DNA from: Fimicolochytrium jonesii
Lineage: Eukaryota
Direction: 5' to 3'
Assembly: GCF_025526975.1 (NCBI RefSeq)
Contig: NW_026515696.1
Location: 1-64,000 of the forward strand
Length of the DNA stretch: 64,000 bases
The position numbers were made by a program, and so were the translations under genes. The notes beneath the pieces were generated by a model. That model made no database searches. It was given only the letters and a program-made list of their open reading frames with translations, and was not told the origin of the DNA. The stretch's first letter is position 1, and each line of letters starts with the position of its first letter. Positions 49,901-63,859 of the stretch are shown here, piece by piece.

Positions 49901-51678
49901 CTTTTCCTTGAAACTCCCAAAACTCACCTCAACCTCTTCTCCCTACTAACCCCCACCTGCGTCCCCCTATTCCCAATATAATCCAAGGCAACAGTCCTAT
50001 CCTGAATCACAAACGCCTCCTCGACACTCGGTTTCAGCAGATCCAGCATCTGGTGGTCGTTAAAGTCATAGCAAATGTGTTCGAGGATGTCGCGGTCGGT
50101 GACGATACCGAGGGCGCGGAAGACGATGATGATGGGGATGTCGGATTTAATGTAGGGGAGAGATGTCTTGATGGTTGAGCCGAGGGTCTGTAGGAGTCGG
50201 AATGGGTCGGTGAGTGATGTAGTAAGAGAGAGCGGGGAATGATGCCAGTTACGTACCGTCTTCCCAGCTCGTGGCGCCATCATCTTGATAAACAGTGTCG
50301 ACGGCAACTTGCTGCCCTTCTCAGCCTGACTCCTGATCTCGCAACTGTACAGGTACGGCCCCGGCGCGGCTTTCTTGAAGACATAGCACTGGTTGAACGC
50401 CATCCGTTCCTGCGCAATCAGCACTTTTTCCGATCCGTTGATGACAAAGTACCCGCCCTGGTCGTACGGACACTCCCCGACATCCTCGACGCTCAGTGAG
50501 GGGGCCTCGGAGCTCGTGATTTCGCCCAAACTGCAGTAATTGGAGCGGAGCATGATGGGCACTTTTCCGATGAAGACGCGGGTGAAGTCTTCTTCTTCTT
50601 GTTCGGTCTGCCAGTACATTTCGCTGGCGAGGGTTACGTCGCGATTTCGGGGGTGTTTGGGATCTGCAAACTCGATTTTCTTTTTGATGTCGACGTAGAG
50701 GGGTGCGGAGTATCTGTGGTATCGAAGATTAGCAACTGCTCGGCGGGATGTGACGCACAGAGCAGAAGCCTTCAGCGCAATTTCGGCCCTTCACTCGATA
50801 TCTTTCTAGCGCCCGTCCCTGTCCTCCACATCGACTGCCCTCCGCGAAATCGCTTTCTTTCCCATATTTCCCGCTCTGCCACTCGTCTCCTTACAACCTC
50901 ATCACCATCACCAGCCCCAGCCTCCTCCCAATCCTTACGTTAAATTCCGTAACCGCGCCTCCTGTGGGAACAAACTCCGAACTTCTCCATCTGCTTCCGA
51001 ATGCGTCGGTCGACTCAGGTAAATCTGATCAAACGTAACTGAATATCGTTTCTACAAAAAAAAACTGTTATTATCATCCATCCCTCCGTAGACAATCCGA
51101 GCGTCCGCGAGTGACCGATGGGCGGAGCTGCGCGCTTTGCTCGCTGAGGCTCGCCAAGTAATCCTGTGAGATGAGTTTTGCGCCTTTGGCGCGATGTGAC
51201 TCGCTCCGCCCGCACTCGCCGTCGCTCGCGAAGGCGTTCACTCTGGTCGACCTCGCTGACGCTTCGTCTCCCAGTAAGCCTCGCTACCGCTCGCGGCTTA
51301 CCGTGACATCCCCCAACGTCCCACTATGCTGCCCGGGGGTAACAATCTGAAACTCTGCATTCTCATAAACAATCTCCTGGATGGTATTCTGCACAAACTC
51401 ATCGAACGAATCCAATTGCTGCCTGACGAGCCCTTTATCGTTGAAAAAAGCCGTGACGACATCCCAGCAGTCTTCCTGGCTGATCTCGTCGCTGTCGTCA
51501 AAGGATGACTGTGCGTCTGCGGGGATGGGATTGTGAGAAGCGGTGGGAATGGGGTTCTTTCTGGGAAGCGGGGAGGTGTACTCCGAGTGATCGGGCGGGG
51601 TGATCACTTTGTGGGGAACATGCCTACCATCCCCCAATTGGGACACAAGTCCTTACCATAGCCGTTCATAGGATCCAT
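46963..51678 (-). CDS. RPB2: RNA polymerase II second-largest subunit, multi-exon
   Basis: [69 protein letters not shown]. Confidence 0.98.
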
Positions 51679-52381
51679 GATGCCGGTGGTGGACACTCCC
51701 GAGCAAGCGAGCGCCCGATAAGATAAAATGCCTGGGTGTTGCTGCAGCTGTTTAGTCGTTATTGTGCGTTGGATTGCAGGGTCAGGATTGAATTGGTCGT
51801 CGGGGTAGTTATGAACGGAACGAAGCGAATCCCTTTGAGCGAGCGGCGAGCGGCGGATAGCGTCAGAGACAAGTATGGAGGAGAGGTGGGAGCCTTGGGC
51901 AGGGGGGGGATGGGGTGGGAGTATGTCGTGTGTGGTCGTCGTTGCTGGCAATCACACGCACGTTTGCAGTTGTGGTTTCCCCACTCCCGCTTTCCCACCA
52001 GTCGCACCTTTCAAATCGTCCTTCCCAGCCAACCTGGTTAACCGAGGGAGTTAGGGTTAGCGCCCACAAGAGAGGGATTCGGACATAATAAACTGCGAAT
52101 CAAAGTCACATGATCCCTGCATTCAATTATTTTACAAAGACTGGCGTTGGGGTTCAGGTATATAAGTAGGGTTGGCTGATGGTTGCGCCCCCCGCGCTGT
52201 CGAAAACGCTGACGTAACACCGTCAATCCTGTCAAATTACCCCTCTTCAGATTGCAGGAAGGGAATCAAACCGCCCATCTTTTTTGAACACCCGCAACGG
52301 AAACAGTGCAAAAAGTGGAAAAACAAGACTCCCAATCCATCCCCCGCAACAAACCGCAGCCCCAAACGAAATCCAAAAGCC

Positions 52382-54213
52382 ATGGACGACCCCGCACCCA
52401 CCGCCACCACCGCCTCCCAACTCCCACCACCACCATTAGCCGTCCCCGCCCCACTCCACTCCCAACCAACCAACCTCCCCCTCCCCCCAACCCTCCTAGA
52501 AGACACCGATTTCGACACCTACACCGACACAGAGCTCGTCAAGCTCGCAGAGGAGCTGCTCAAGAAGGGCCGCGTGCTGCGGACGGAGAACACCCTTTTT
52601 GAAGGTTTCTTGAAGCGGGTGGGCGGGGATGGCGGCGGTGTCGCTGTCGGTGCGGGAGGGGGAGTTCCTGCGGGAGGGGCTACCGGGGGAGGCGGCGGAG
52701 CAATGAAGGGGGATGACGAGACCGAGGGCGGTGTTGCGGGTCCCACAGCAACGACAACAACCACCGGAGCGACCGCACCCACCGGGCCCTCAAGCGTCGG
52801 CGGCCCCGCGGCGGCCGCCCCGCGTCGCAAAAAAAAGCCCGCCGCGCCCGAAAAGCCGCTCCCCCCGACCCCGCTCACACCGGACCAGAAGACCGAGATC
52901 GCGACGCGCGAACTCGAGGAGCTCAAGGACGAGATCGAGAAGCAGAAGGAGGAATGGGCGCGCGTGCTCGACAACTTCAAGGCCGAGATGGAGGAGATGG
53001 ATGTGCGGCTGGGCGAGGTCGCGAGGGAGTACTATGAGTTCCGGAGGGATATTGTGGGCGGCGCTGTGAATCAGAGGACGGGGAAGGTTGTGAGTGAGAG
53101 GGTTGTGAGGTGGTTTGAGGAAAGGATTAGGGGGAAGGTGGGTGTTCATTGCGACTGAAGCGACGGCCGAGCGGAGCGAGGAGGAGGCGAGACGATAGGC
53201 GAGGAGCTCCAACTGCGCCGTAGGCCCCAGAATTGCGGATCACACCCGCCGCACCTCCTCGTCGCATCGCTTCATCACCCACCCCCTCACTCCCATCCTC
53301 TCCTTCCCACAGGACGCGCTCATCAAAAAAACGCGGCTAAAAAACAGCACGCTAAAACTGCAAAAGAACAAGCTCCACCAGCAGCTCAAACAGAAAGAAG
53401 AGATGGGCGAGGTCCTCCACGCGATCGATTTCGACCAGCTGCAGATCGAGAACAAACAGTACCTCGCCAAGATCGAGGAACGCAACGCCGAGCTGCTGAA
53501 GTTGAAGATGACCGCGGGGAATACGATGCAGGTCTTGAATCACCACAAGGTCTATTTGTGGTATCACCACCCCCTCCGATTCATTGTTCGTCGTGGAATA
53601 TGACGATTCTGATATGCCACACCCACACACAGACGAAACTGCACGCGCTAACAACCGACTCGCACCACCTCCGTTCCGAGATCGCGCAACGCCAGGACCT
53701 GCTATCCAAACTCATATCGGAGGCGGAGATCGTCGAGGCCGAGCGGGCGGCGGCCGAGAAGGTCAATCGGCGGATCAAGGGGGAGATGGAGGATTACCGG
53801 GTTCCTGATGTGAGAATGCGGGTGCCCATGCGGGGGGGTTGAGTTGGGGGGTTGTTTGTTAACGCAGGTGTGTTCATGTTCGCCTAGGTGATGGACTACG
53901 TGTCGTTGAACGCGCAACAAGAAGAACTGCACCAGAAACTCACCATGTGGCAACGGAAGGTCGAGATTGCCGCTATGCAGAACACTCGGTAACATCGGCC
54001 CTCGTCATCTCCCCTCAGTCAATCCCCCACTCACATCACATATCTCACTTTTTCCAATCCAACAGGCTCCGCAACATCTGGCGTCGCATGTCAACCCCCC
54101 ACGACCGGCTCCCCCCGTACACCCCTACCCACAACGCGCCGACGTTGCAGGCGCAGTGGAGGGCGGATGAGCGGGTTGCGCGGGGGCGGAGCTTGCCGCC
54201 TTTGGCTGGGTAG
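52382..54213 (+). CDS. CCDC113: Cilia/flagella-associated coiled-coil protein CCDC113 (CFAP263), multi-exon; 3' end approximate
   Basis: ENTLFEGFL, QKTEIATRELEE, QLKQKEEMGEVLHAIDFDQLQIENKQY..KIEERNAELLKLK, YRVPDVMDYV. Confidence 0.9.
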
Positions 54214-54697
54214 TTGAAGGGGCGGTGTGGTTATGTGGGATGGGATGGGAGATATATGTTGGGGGGATTTGTTACGTGTCGGGTCGGGTGGGAGGTTTGT
54301 GATACGTCCAATTGATGGATGAGGGGGGATGGAGAAGCTACGGGCGAGCTGGTTTTTTGTATATAGTGACCTTGCGGTGGGTGTTCATTTCCACTGCATG
54401 GATAGAACGAGAATCTGGCCTTATGGGGACACTGCAGAACGAGATTTTGTCCAGTTTACTGGGTTTTCATGTATTGATGCCGGATGTGCAGGTGTGAAAC
54501 GGTACATTGTCCCAGATGTGGAATACGCTGCTACGCATCAGGCCCCCCCCCCCCCCCCCCCCCCCAGAAAAAAAGACATGCTCAGACAGAGGAGAGTGGG
54601 TGCCCCCCCCAACTTGGCGGCGCTACCTGTAGACTCCGGACCCGGCATCCCAGCTTTCCGCCGTAGCCTCCGTCCGGTTGCTTCCACACAAAGCCTC

Positions 54698-57600
54698 TCA
54701 TCCATCCTCCCTCTCCACATCCCCGTCCCCCTCCTCCTCCCCGTCCCCGTCCCCATCCTCAATCCCCTCCTCCCCGTCCCCGTCCCCCTCCCCGCCACCC
54801 AGATCCCCCGCAGCAGGCGGACCCCTTACACGCTGCCTATGAAATATCTCAACGATCTACCAATTCAACCCAATAAGTGTGTGCAAAATCACCAGCACTG
54901 TGTCAGCAGTCATCTTACCTCATCAGGCCCCGTCGCATCCTCCACATTCTTGTCCTCGCGTTTCCGGATGAAGCGGGGGAATCTCAAACTGCCCCAGAAA
55001 ACCATGCCGGTGTGAGAGACAGGGCTAGCTGTGCTTGATGTGTTCTTTTGTTTTCTCACCTGATCCCTTTATCAGCCTCCACGCGTCCCATCGCAGCCTG
55101 GTGCACGGGCGAGACGGTCAGGTCGGCGCCGCGGAGTTCCCACACCTCGACAAAAAAAAACCCCCAAAATATCAGAATACATCCGCGGATGACACGAGTC
55201 GCCATCGCGTACCTCAAGCGGCTCAAACCAGACGTCGGGGCGCATGCTCTCGTGGACGACGTAGTAGGGTTTGGGCGCGGGGAGGAGGGTGTGGTTTTCG
55301 TGCGAGTATCGTTCCTGGACAAGAGTAGCAGAATGAGTTTGAGTGACCAGAGAATGAGGTAGGTAGGACGCGACGTGCGAATCTACCTTGTTCTCCTTAT
55401 AAAACGCGTCCGTAAATCCTTCAAAAGCTCGTTACGGCAGGGCCCCGGTCATACCCCCCCACCCGGCCAAACACCTACCACTCATACATTTACAAAAACT
55501 CTCCACGCGTCCATCCGCGCCGACGCACGCCATCAAGAACGGGCTCCACCACCCGGCTTTCCGGCCACTCCCGTGCCACGCGCCAATGGGGACGAGGTCG
55601 AACGAGTCGGCGAGGGAGGTCAGGTAGTCGCGTTTAACTTTGAGCCAGGATTGGGACCGCTTGTCCGGCGCGTAGGTTGAGAGGTGCCGTGGGAGGGTGG
55701 CGGTGAGGCTGGGGGGTGGGGAGTCGAGGATTTTAACCATGAGGCCTGTTGAGGGGAAGGAGGGGGGGAGGTCAGATGGTGGAGGGGGGGGTTAGTTGGT
55801 GGGGGAGGAGGTTAGTTGGTGGGGGGATATTGGGAGGCGGTAATGGCAAGGGGTACCTTCGCATCCGGATTGAAGGGCCAGATGTAGGAAAGCCTGAACC
55901 TACTCAAACACATTCAATCAAGCATCTTCCCATTCGCAGCGCCGAGGTGGGATGGGCGTTGGGGCCAACCTACCTCGTCCGGATCCTTTGATTCCAGCTG
56001 CAAAACGGACACGCACCCCGGTCAGTTAGGAACCCGAGGTTGCCATCCATCCGCAAATCATACCTGCGGAACAAACCCAAACCCCCCCTCCAGCTCCGCA
56101 AACGCCGCGCGCATCGCATCCCGTCTCGTTCGAAAACTCTCTTCAATCAGACTCTGAAATATCATCGCGCATACTTCAGGGCAAACAGGCAAAATCCCCC
56201 CCGCGAACAAACTCCCAGGGACGTGGAAAACTCACCCTCCCATTCAAGTACATCAAATCAAACGCCATCACACATACATGCACCTTCACATCCCTCACAT
56301 GGACGTTCTTGCGTGCGCGGTTCGAAAGCGTCTGGAAGGAGGCTACGGTATATTTCTTTCCCTCCCCCTCCCCCTGCCCCTCCTCGACAGCCACCACCTC
56401 GGCATCCAATATAAACGACGTGGTCGATTCGCGGCAGACGGACGGGACGAGCGCGACGATGTCGGGGTATTTGTCGGTCATGGTTTCGAGGTGCCGGGAG
56501 AAGAGGTGCACTTGGCCCGTGGAGGTGCGGTGGATTTGGGCGCGTTGGCCTGTGAATGTGATGTTTTTTGTTTTTGGTTGGTGAGACAAAATGCGGGAGA
56601 GGGGATGCCGAGAAAGGGAGAGATGCCGCGGTACCGTCGTATTTCCAGTCCGCGCAGAAGTTGAGGCCGTGCATTGTTTCAAAGACTTCCTGCAGCACCC
56701 AAAGAAAATGACATATATTGCAGAATGAGCTGTGGGGTTTTCGTTATGGGGCGGATGCTCTTCCTTACGTACCGCTAGATCCCGCGTGATCTTCCCGAGC
56801 ATAGGCCGGATAGGCACGCCGGGGATGCACTGTGCCGGGGGTTGTGTGTGAGTTTATATCGTTGAAATCATCATCATCTCCCCTTCCGTGGTATCACCAC
56901 ACCCCGGCATACCTTACACTCAACCCCGATCCTCTCCAACCCGACCGCCGGATCCATCAACAGCGGGACGATGATATCGTAGTTGGGGACCTGGGCGTAG
57001 CATTCCTACAACCAGCGAGGGGGTGATGTACATCAATGCCCTGCCTTCGGGAATGGTCTCTGTCTCCCGCCCCTCCGCGAAAAAAAAACACACAAGCAGC
57101 ACCTTCAAAACCGCCTCAGCGCCCTTCATCCTCGCCTTCAACGCGTCGGCCTTCATCCCGCGCACCTCGGCGGGGGTCAGGCTCTTTTCCAGCAGGATGG
57201 CATGACTAAACACAAAAAAAGGTCGTTCCACGGGGGTCAAACATGAAGGAAAAACCGTGAAAACAGGGGTGATACATATCGCACCGCACACCTCAACGCA
57301 ATAAGCACAGTGGTCCGCACGGCGCCGATCCTCAGATGCGCGACGAGCGTGCGGGTGAGGTACCTCAATTCCTCGCCCTTCCAAAAAAAACATGAATATT
57401 TTACGTGGGGAGATCCCATGCATGGTGAGCACCCCGTACCTGACAAGCAACCATGACCTTCTTCACCAGCTCCGTCTTTGCATTCACGGTCCCAGCGCCG
57501 CGGAGGGCCGCGATGCGGTGGAGGGTTTTATACACCTTCGGGAGAAAAAACCATAAGAATCCACCCCATCACCCTATTCTTTTCGCGCGTCTCTCACCTC

Positions 57601-59199
57601 CTGCACGGTAAGCCTCCCCCGGAGAGACTTCCCCATTGCTAGAGTCCCCACCCCCCTCCTCGCGCCCACAACCACATCGCCCCAGTCGCCCTTCTGTTCC
57701 CACGCCTGCCTGATCGATTTCGTGGGGAGGTCTGAGATCGCTGTGATTGACTTTAGGAGGATTTGCGGGCCGATACCGAGTTCGATGCCTGTAAAGATAG
57801 ATAGATATCAGGGGGTTGGTATGGGGTAGGAGGGTGATCTGATGCCGCATGACCTTTGTAAGGGGGCGCGATGGAGTTGGAGCAGAGGTAGAGGGCCGGG
57901 AGGAGGTCGGTGGGGGAGGTGTAGATGATTGTGCGGAGCATGTTGGTTAGGACTGATGTGATTATTCTGAGGTTGGTTGTGGGGGAGGTGTATCCATTTT
58001 GTCGAGGGGAGTAAGGTGGAGTTGCATGATATGCGAAGAGAGAGGAGAAAAGAAGAGACGCAAAGAAATTGGTCAGAGATGGATTCTTATTGAGATGTAT
58101 GTTTACAGAAATGCGATGCGCGGCAATGAAATACGCAGGGGGTTGGGTAAGGGGTATAATCATTCAACAACAATAGGAGATCAAACGTACTGCCTGCCCG
58201 TGACCTTCTCCACAAGGGCAAACTGGTCCGCGAGCCAGCGGTACGGCGTCGGCGAGCCGGGTGTCCAGTATGCTGGGAGTGCTGTGGCGTCGAATTGCGG
58301 TGGTGGGATGTCGCACCGGATGTCTGGGGTGGGGGAGGAGGGTGGGGGATCGGATGTGCTGCTTAGCGTGAGGATTGGGGGTGGTAATGGTGGGAGTGCG
58401 GCGGAGGATGGTGGAGGGGGGTTGTGTGGTGGTGGTATCGAATCCTGGGCCGGTGCTGAATCCGTATCGAATGTCGCTAATATATCGGATGTGCCGCCCG
58501 CATGCCTATCTTCATCGTCATCGGAACGTGGTGGCACAGAGCTTTCCGAAATGGGTCTGCTGTCGGAAGTAGGTGTCGGATGAAGCTTTTGATGCCAGGT
58601 TTCCGGCGGCCATTCCTCCCATTCTGCAAACTGGTCGCCTTTCAGCACTGCTTCCGGTACTTGTTCCCGGTCGTCCTGTCCCTGCGAAGCAAAATGAAAA
58701 AAGGTCAGGTCGGGCTGATGATTGAATTATACGTTTCTCGCGAAGCGATGGATGACGGATCGTTGGGCGAAGCGAAGGCGAAAGCATTGGATGGTCGACC
58801 GGCCTGCTTTCTTTCTTCCCCAGGGGGCTCTCCCCCCTACATCGTTTGGGCGACGGTGCACCAAAACCCGACCAGTCCGCTCCCTCTCACAGTCAGCTCC
58901 GCTCCTCGTTCACCCAACACCCATCCCCCTCCCCCGTCCGTGCGCTCGCAAACCCGTTCGCTCTGATCGCCCTCCTATCCCTCGTTTCCCATCGCCCTTG
59001 CCGCACCCCACCGCATTCATCGCAAACCCACCTGACTCCCCGCACCACCGCTCTTCGTCCCGCCCCCAAAGAACGCATGTATCGTAGGCTGCAGCGCGTC
59101 GGTACCTCTCTCCCCCTTCTTCTTCTTGGCACTGGGACTTTGAGATGGCGTTGCTGGGCGTTTCTTCCCTCTTCCTCTTCCCGTTCCACTTCCCGTCAT
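54698..59199 (-). CDS. ATP-dependent DNA ligase I-like (fungal paralog type), many exons; ends approximate
   Basis: WKYDG/QRAQIH, ILDAEVVA, AFDLMYLNG, GLMVK, WLKVKRDY, DLVPIGAWHGSGRKAGWWSP, SLRFPRFIRKREDK. Confidence 0.9.
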
Positions 59200-59724
59200 G
59201 ACTTGATGGCGGGGGGGAACTAGAAGGTACAAAGTTTGGAACGAGCGCTGGCTAGGAACAGCTAGCCAATCGCGGAGTAATCTTGACGTACGCGTTGACG
59301 GGGGGTTCAACTGCGTGGCGGGGGGTTAGAACTATGTATATAGCGTAGGGCCTCTACAGTACGTAGGGAGGCAGGAGTGGGAGGGGTGCCTTTTTCTGTA
59401 ACCGAGTGTCGAGGCTGGGCAACAGGACAGCACGTTGACGTTGTGCACGGGGAGCGTGAAGGTGGAAGAACTCACAGGTACATGCGTGAGTCACCCCCCC
59501 CCCCCAACCACCGCTCTGAACGAACCCTCCACATGGCGAAGACACATGAGGAAGCGCATATGAAAGCAAACAAAATAAAGTGTATTTTCTTTTATGTCGA
59601 TCGGAGAGGAGGTAGAGAGCAGCAGGGGGAAAGTGTTTACCCTTCCCTCACCGCCACCGCATATTCTCCTACCCGTTCCTCACCCATAATCCATCCCCTC
59701 CATTCCCCCCATCCACCTCCCCCA

Positions 59725-61425
59725 TCAATCCAAACTAATCCTCTCAGAATACGTCAAATAATTGCTCGCGTTCCTCTTGATGATATCCACCACGGGGCCC
59801 AGCAAGCGGACGAACGGCTTCTTGCCCAGGGTGGCGCATTTCAGGCGGCCGCGAGCGATCACTGTTGCGCGTCTTGGTTTGTCGGAGAGGAGGGCCAATT
59901 CTGAAGATCATAAGAAAGATTTAGTGGGGAAGGGAATGTGATATGAAGGGATATGGGAGTGATATGAAGGGATAGGAAGTGATATGATGGGATTGATTTA
60001 CAAACCTCCGAAATAATCGCCCTTCTGCAACCCAGGCATCTCATGCTCGATCCCATTCTCATCAGTAGTAATAACCCTCGCGTCTCCGCTCTCAATAATA
60101 AAGAACGCGTCGCCAACATCCCCCTGTTTAATCACCACATCGCCGTCGTTGAAGGAGACGCTCTCGAGTGCGTCGGCGATCTTGTGTCGTTCGTAGGGTT
60201 CAAGGGACACAAGGAGGGGCACTTCCTCGAGGAATGCCTCGTACATGCGTCGCTTGCGGGAGGTGTTCTCCATCAGGATACGGCGGAAGGTGACGCGGTC
60301 GAGGGCCCACAGGACGCATTCCTGGGTTGCGACGACCGTAGCGGCTCTGGGTGCGTTGTACATCAGTGCCAGTTCTCCAAAGGAGCCGTTAGCGCCGTAA
60401 TCGAAGACTTTGACCGCGGGCTGGCCGTTACGGGAGACGAAAACGTCGAGGGCGCCCGTCTCGACGACGTAGAAAAAGTCGCCGATGCCGCCCTGTTTGA
60501 TGACCTCATCGCCCGCGGAGACGCGTTTCTCGGCCATGGCGTTGACGACGTCGTGGTATTGGTCGTCGTCGAGGGATTTGAAGAGGAAGTTGCCGCGGAT
60601 GGCGGCTTCGATGCGTTGTTTCTGGTCGTCGGACTTGGGGATCACGACTTTTACGAAATCTTTGTCGAGGGTTGGGGCCATTGATTCGGCGCTGACTGAG
60701 GTGCGACGCCCGCGGTTGTAGTTGGTCGGAGGGGGTGGGGGCGCAATGTCATCGACGTCGTCATCTTCTTCGTCGTCGTGGTCATCTGTGTCGTGGCCGG
60801 TCTCCTCGTGGTCTTCTTCGTCTTGGCCTCCTGCGTTTTCGGTGGGCGCGCTGAAAGGGTCGGCTGCGACATTGCCGCCGTTACCACTCTCGGCGAATGG
60901 TGTGCCACTTTTACCTCCCGACCCGTATCCGTCTGCTATAAGAATTGGAGGAAGAATTGAGTTCGCGCGTGAGTCTTGATGTCAGGCGAGAAATTACAAA
61001 GCGAAGTTACAAAGTATGGATGAGCGGAGCTTGCCGGCGCATGCTAAATACCGCGATGAGGAGAACATTTCGCCTTTGGCGCAATGTGACATCGCTACGC
61101 TCGCCGTCGCTGACGCTCGGATTCGCACAGTAGCGCAGTATTACTATGGGCTCGCTTCGCTCGCCCTTCAACGCGTTCGTCATCGCTGACGCTCGGTATT
61201 ACACTGGACTCGCTAGTTCGCGATCGCACTTCGCTATCGCTCGTGATTCCCCAACTTACAAAGCAACCTAGTCCTCTGCTCCTCCAACTTCTTCTGAAAA
61301 TAATTCGAGCAAAACTGATAAATGTCCTGGGGCTGGGCCCTCAAGATCTCCTTATTGAGATCCTTGAGGATTTCCGGAAACTCGGCCGGGACCGTGAACT
61401 GGTCCGAGTTGAATCGCTCGCCCAT
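59725..61425 (-). CDS. BCY1: cAMP-dependent protein kinase regulatory subunit
   Basis: Dimerisation/docking domain [14 protein letters not shown], inhibitor site RRTSVSAES, two cNMP domains ([24 protein letters not shown]). Confidence 0.96.
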
Positions 61426-62541
61426 TGCGGCGGTGTGGTCGAACGGGGACGCGGAGGTGGTTTGGGAAGGCAGCTGAAAGATTTGAATAGAAGGATGGAT
61501 TAGTATCGGGACGGAGTAACCAACTTTCTGGGTGGGAGCGTATCCAACTCGTGTTATTTCTCCTCCCAGATGACTGACTACAAACACACGTCGGATACAT
61601 ACTTTCGATGAGGTCAGTTGCGAAAAGAGGGTGTCGAGTCGGCTTGGGCTGTATGCACTTTCGGCACACACAGAAAATGAAGGTATCGCCGCTACGAAAT
61701 TAGAGGGCGATGGTGTCGCCTAGATGAGGCTGCGCGTGGTTCTAAATTCCGTGATTTCGTTGTGCTGTTTGTGATATTTGTTAGAATGTCTTGACAAAAA
61801 GTCCTTCCCAAGGCGCCGCGCAAAAGGCGTGGAATCCCATCGGCGCCCTGTTTGAAGTGCCACTCCCTCATTCCCAGTACCATGCCTTCCAAAGCCTGCT
61901 TATCTGTGCCAACACGATACAAAATGTTCTCCATCTCAGAACCACGATTGCGGAATTTTCTCACGGCCATCCATCAACAATGTGGCCCGAAACTCGCTGG
62001 GTCGGTAACAGTCAAGGCCTCAAGCATACGCCACCCGGCTACTCACCTACAAGTAAGTGCAGTTGGTTGGTTGATGGGCAAGAGTTGTATTGGGCAGTCG
62101 GCACTGGGGAACTGCTGCAGTCGCGTGTTTGTTGAAGGGCGTGGGGAAAATGGAGGGGGGCGGCGTTTGAGAAAGAGGCCCGAATAGAATAGATGGCAAA
62201 GCCGCGTTCCCACAGGACGGAAACGGGGGCCTCACTTACCAGTAATATGCGTGTCTCTTGTTCTTGCTGACGTACAGTGATGGGGTCATTAGGGTTCCCC
62301 CCTTATCATAGGGTTATCCTGTCCCACTTATCTGACCCCCACATAGCACCCGTACCTTACGCTCCCGGCACATAACACAGCCAATCACCGCTCCTCAATC
62401 GCGTCGTCCCCAATAATTAATCCCTCCCCCCTTCAAGTATACGCCAGATCCTGTCCGTCGAATCGCCGTTTGAACTCCCCACAACGTTGTCAACGGCACG
62501 AGCTATTCTTCGGCCCGACACATTCATCATCACTCGACAAG

Positions 62542-63859
62542 ATGGTCAAGTTCCTCAAGAACGGAAAGGTACCACCTCGCTTCCCAACAGAGAGAACCTA
62601 TCGCCATTTCCAACACAGAGAGGGCCGGATGGATGGATGGATGGATGGATGGATGGATAGGGGTGGACGGTTTGGGGGACAGGCATTTTCGACAAACGAC
62701 AAATTCGAAGAATTCAGGACAACTTGCGCAAGCGATTGAGGGAGGGACGAATGGGTGGTGGAGAAGCGTGCGTGCGGGCCGGTGCGCTTTGTGGTGCGGG
62801 AAAGGGACGGAGGAATTGGAAATGGCGACGAAGAATAGGTCGTGGGAAAATGCACCAGGGTTCCCACACATCTCCACTCAACGACGGGCAGGCGGTCCGG
62901 ACAGCAGCAGCAGCCGGTGTGGAAGGTGTTTCGGAGACAGAACGGAGGAAGGACCTTTGACAATTCCATCCCAATTCCCATGCTGACCCTCTGCATGTCC
63001 CTCCCTCCTCCCAATTAGGTCGTGCTGATCCTCCAGGGTCGCCAAGCCGGCAAGAAGGCCGTGATCGTCAAGAACTTTGACGAGGGCACAAAGGAGAGGC
63101 CTTACCCCCACGCCATCGTTGCCGGTGTCGAGCGCTACCCATTGAAGATCACGAAGGGGATGGGCCAGAAGCGTGTCGCCAAGAGGTCCCGTGTCAAGGC
63201 TTTCATCAAGGCGGTTAACTACAACCACCTGATGCCTACTAGGTAGGAATTTCGAAAGAGAAGGAGGAGGAAATGGGAAGGAGCAGTCGAAGGAAGGGGG
63301 GGACGTTGGATCACCAGCGTTAGCGAGGTTGGTTCGGTCGGGGAGACCGGGCCAGAGCGAACGCCTTTCGCGAGCGAAGTGAGCACGAGCAGAGCACCTA
63401 ACTACGGCACTTAGCGAGCCTCAGCGAGCTTCAGATCTTTTGCGAGCGCAGCGAGCACCACATTGTGCCAAAGGCGCAATACTCCCCTCACCCATGCAGC
63501 CCGATCATTCAACCATCCAACATCCTCGTCGCGAAGAAGGGGATCACGCATGCACAAGAGAGTGAGAAGAGTCGATTTTAACCCACACTCTCCCTCAATG
63601 AATTTAGGTACAACCTCGACATTGACCTCAAGCAAGTTGTTTCGGCCGAGAGCTTCAAGGAGCCCACGCAGCGCGTCGAGTCCCGCAAGGCGATCAAGAA
63701 GCTTTTCGAGGAGCGCTACAACAGCGGAAAGAACAGGTGGTTCTTCACCAAGCTTCGTAAGTGGAAAAATTACTTTTTGTTTGTATATGTCAACACTGTT
63801 CACTGATTGATCGTTTTTCTCTGTGAATTTTTTCGATTTGTTTTTTCGTAGGCTTCTAA
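62542..63859 (+). CDS. RPL27: 60S ribosomal protein eL27, four exons
   Basis: [26 protein letters not shown]...[17 protein letters not shown]...[12 protein letters not shown]. Confidence 0.98.

Noticed and set aside
51941..51952. RFX X-box upstream of CCDC113 (GTTGCTGGCAAT)
   Set aside because: Imperfect match, closer to RPB2, and a single instance.
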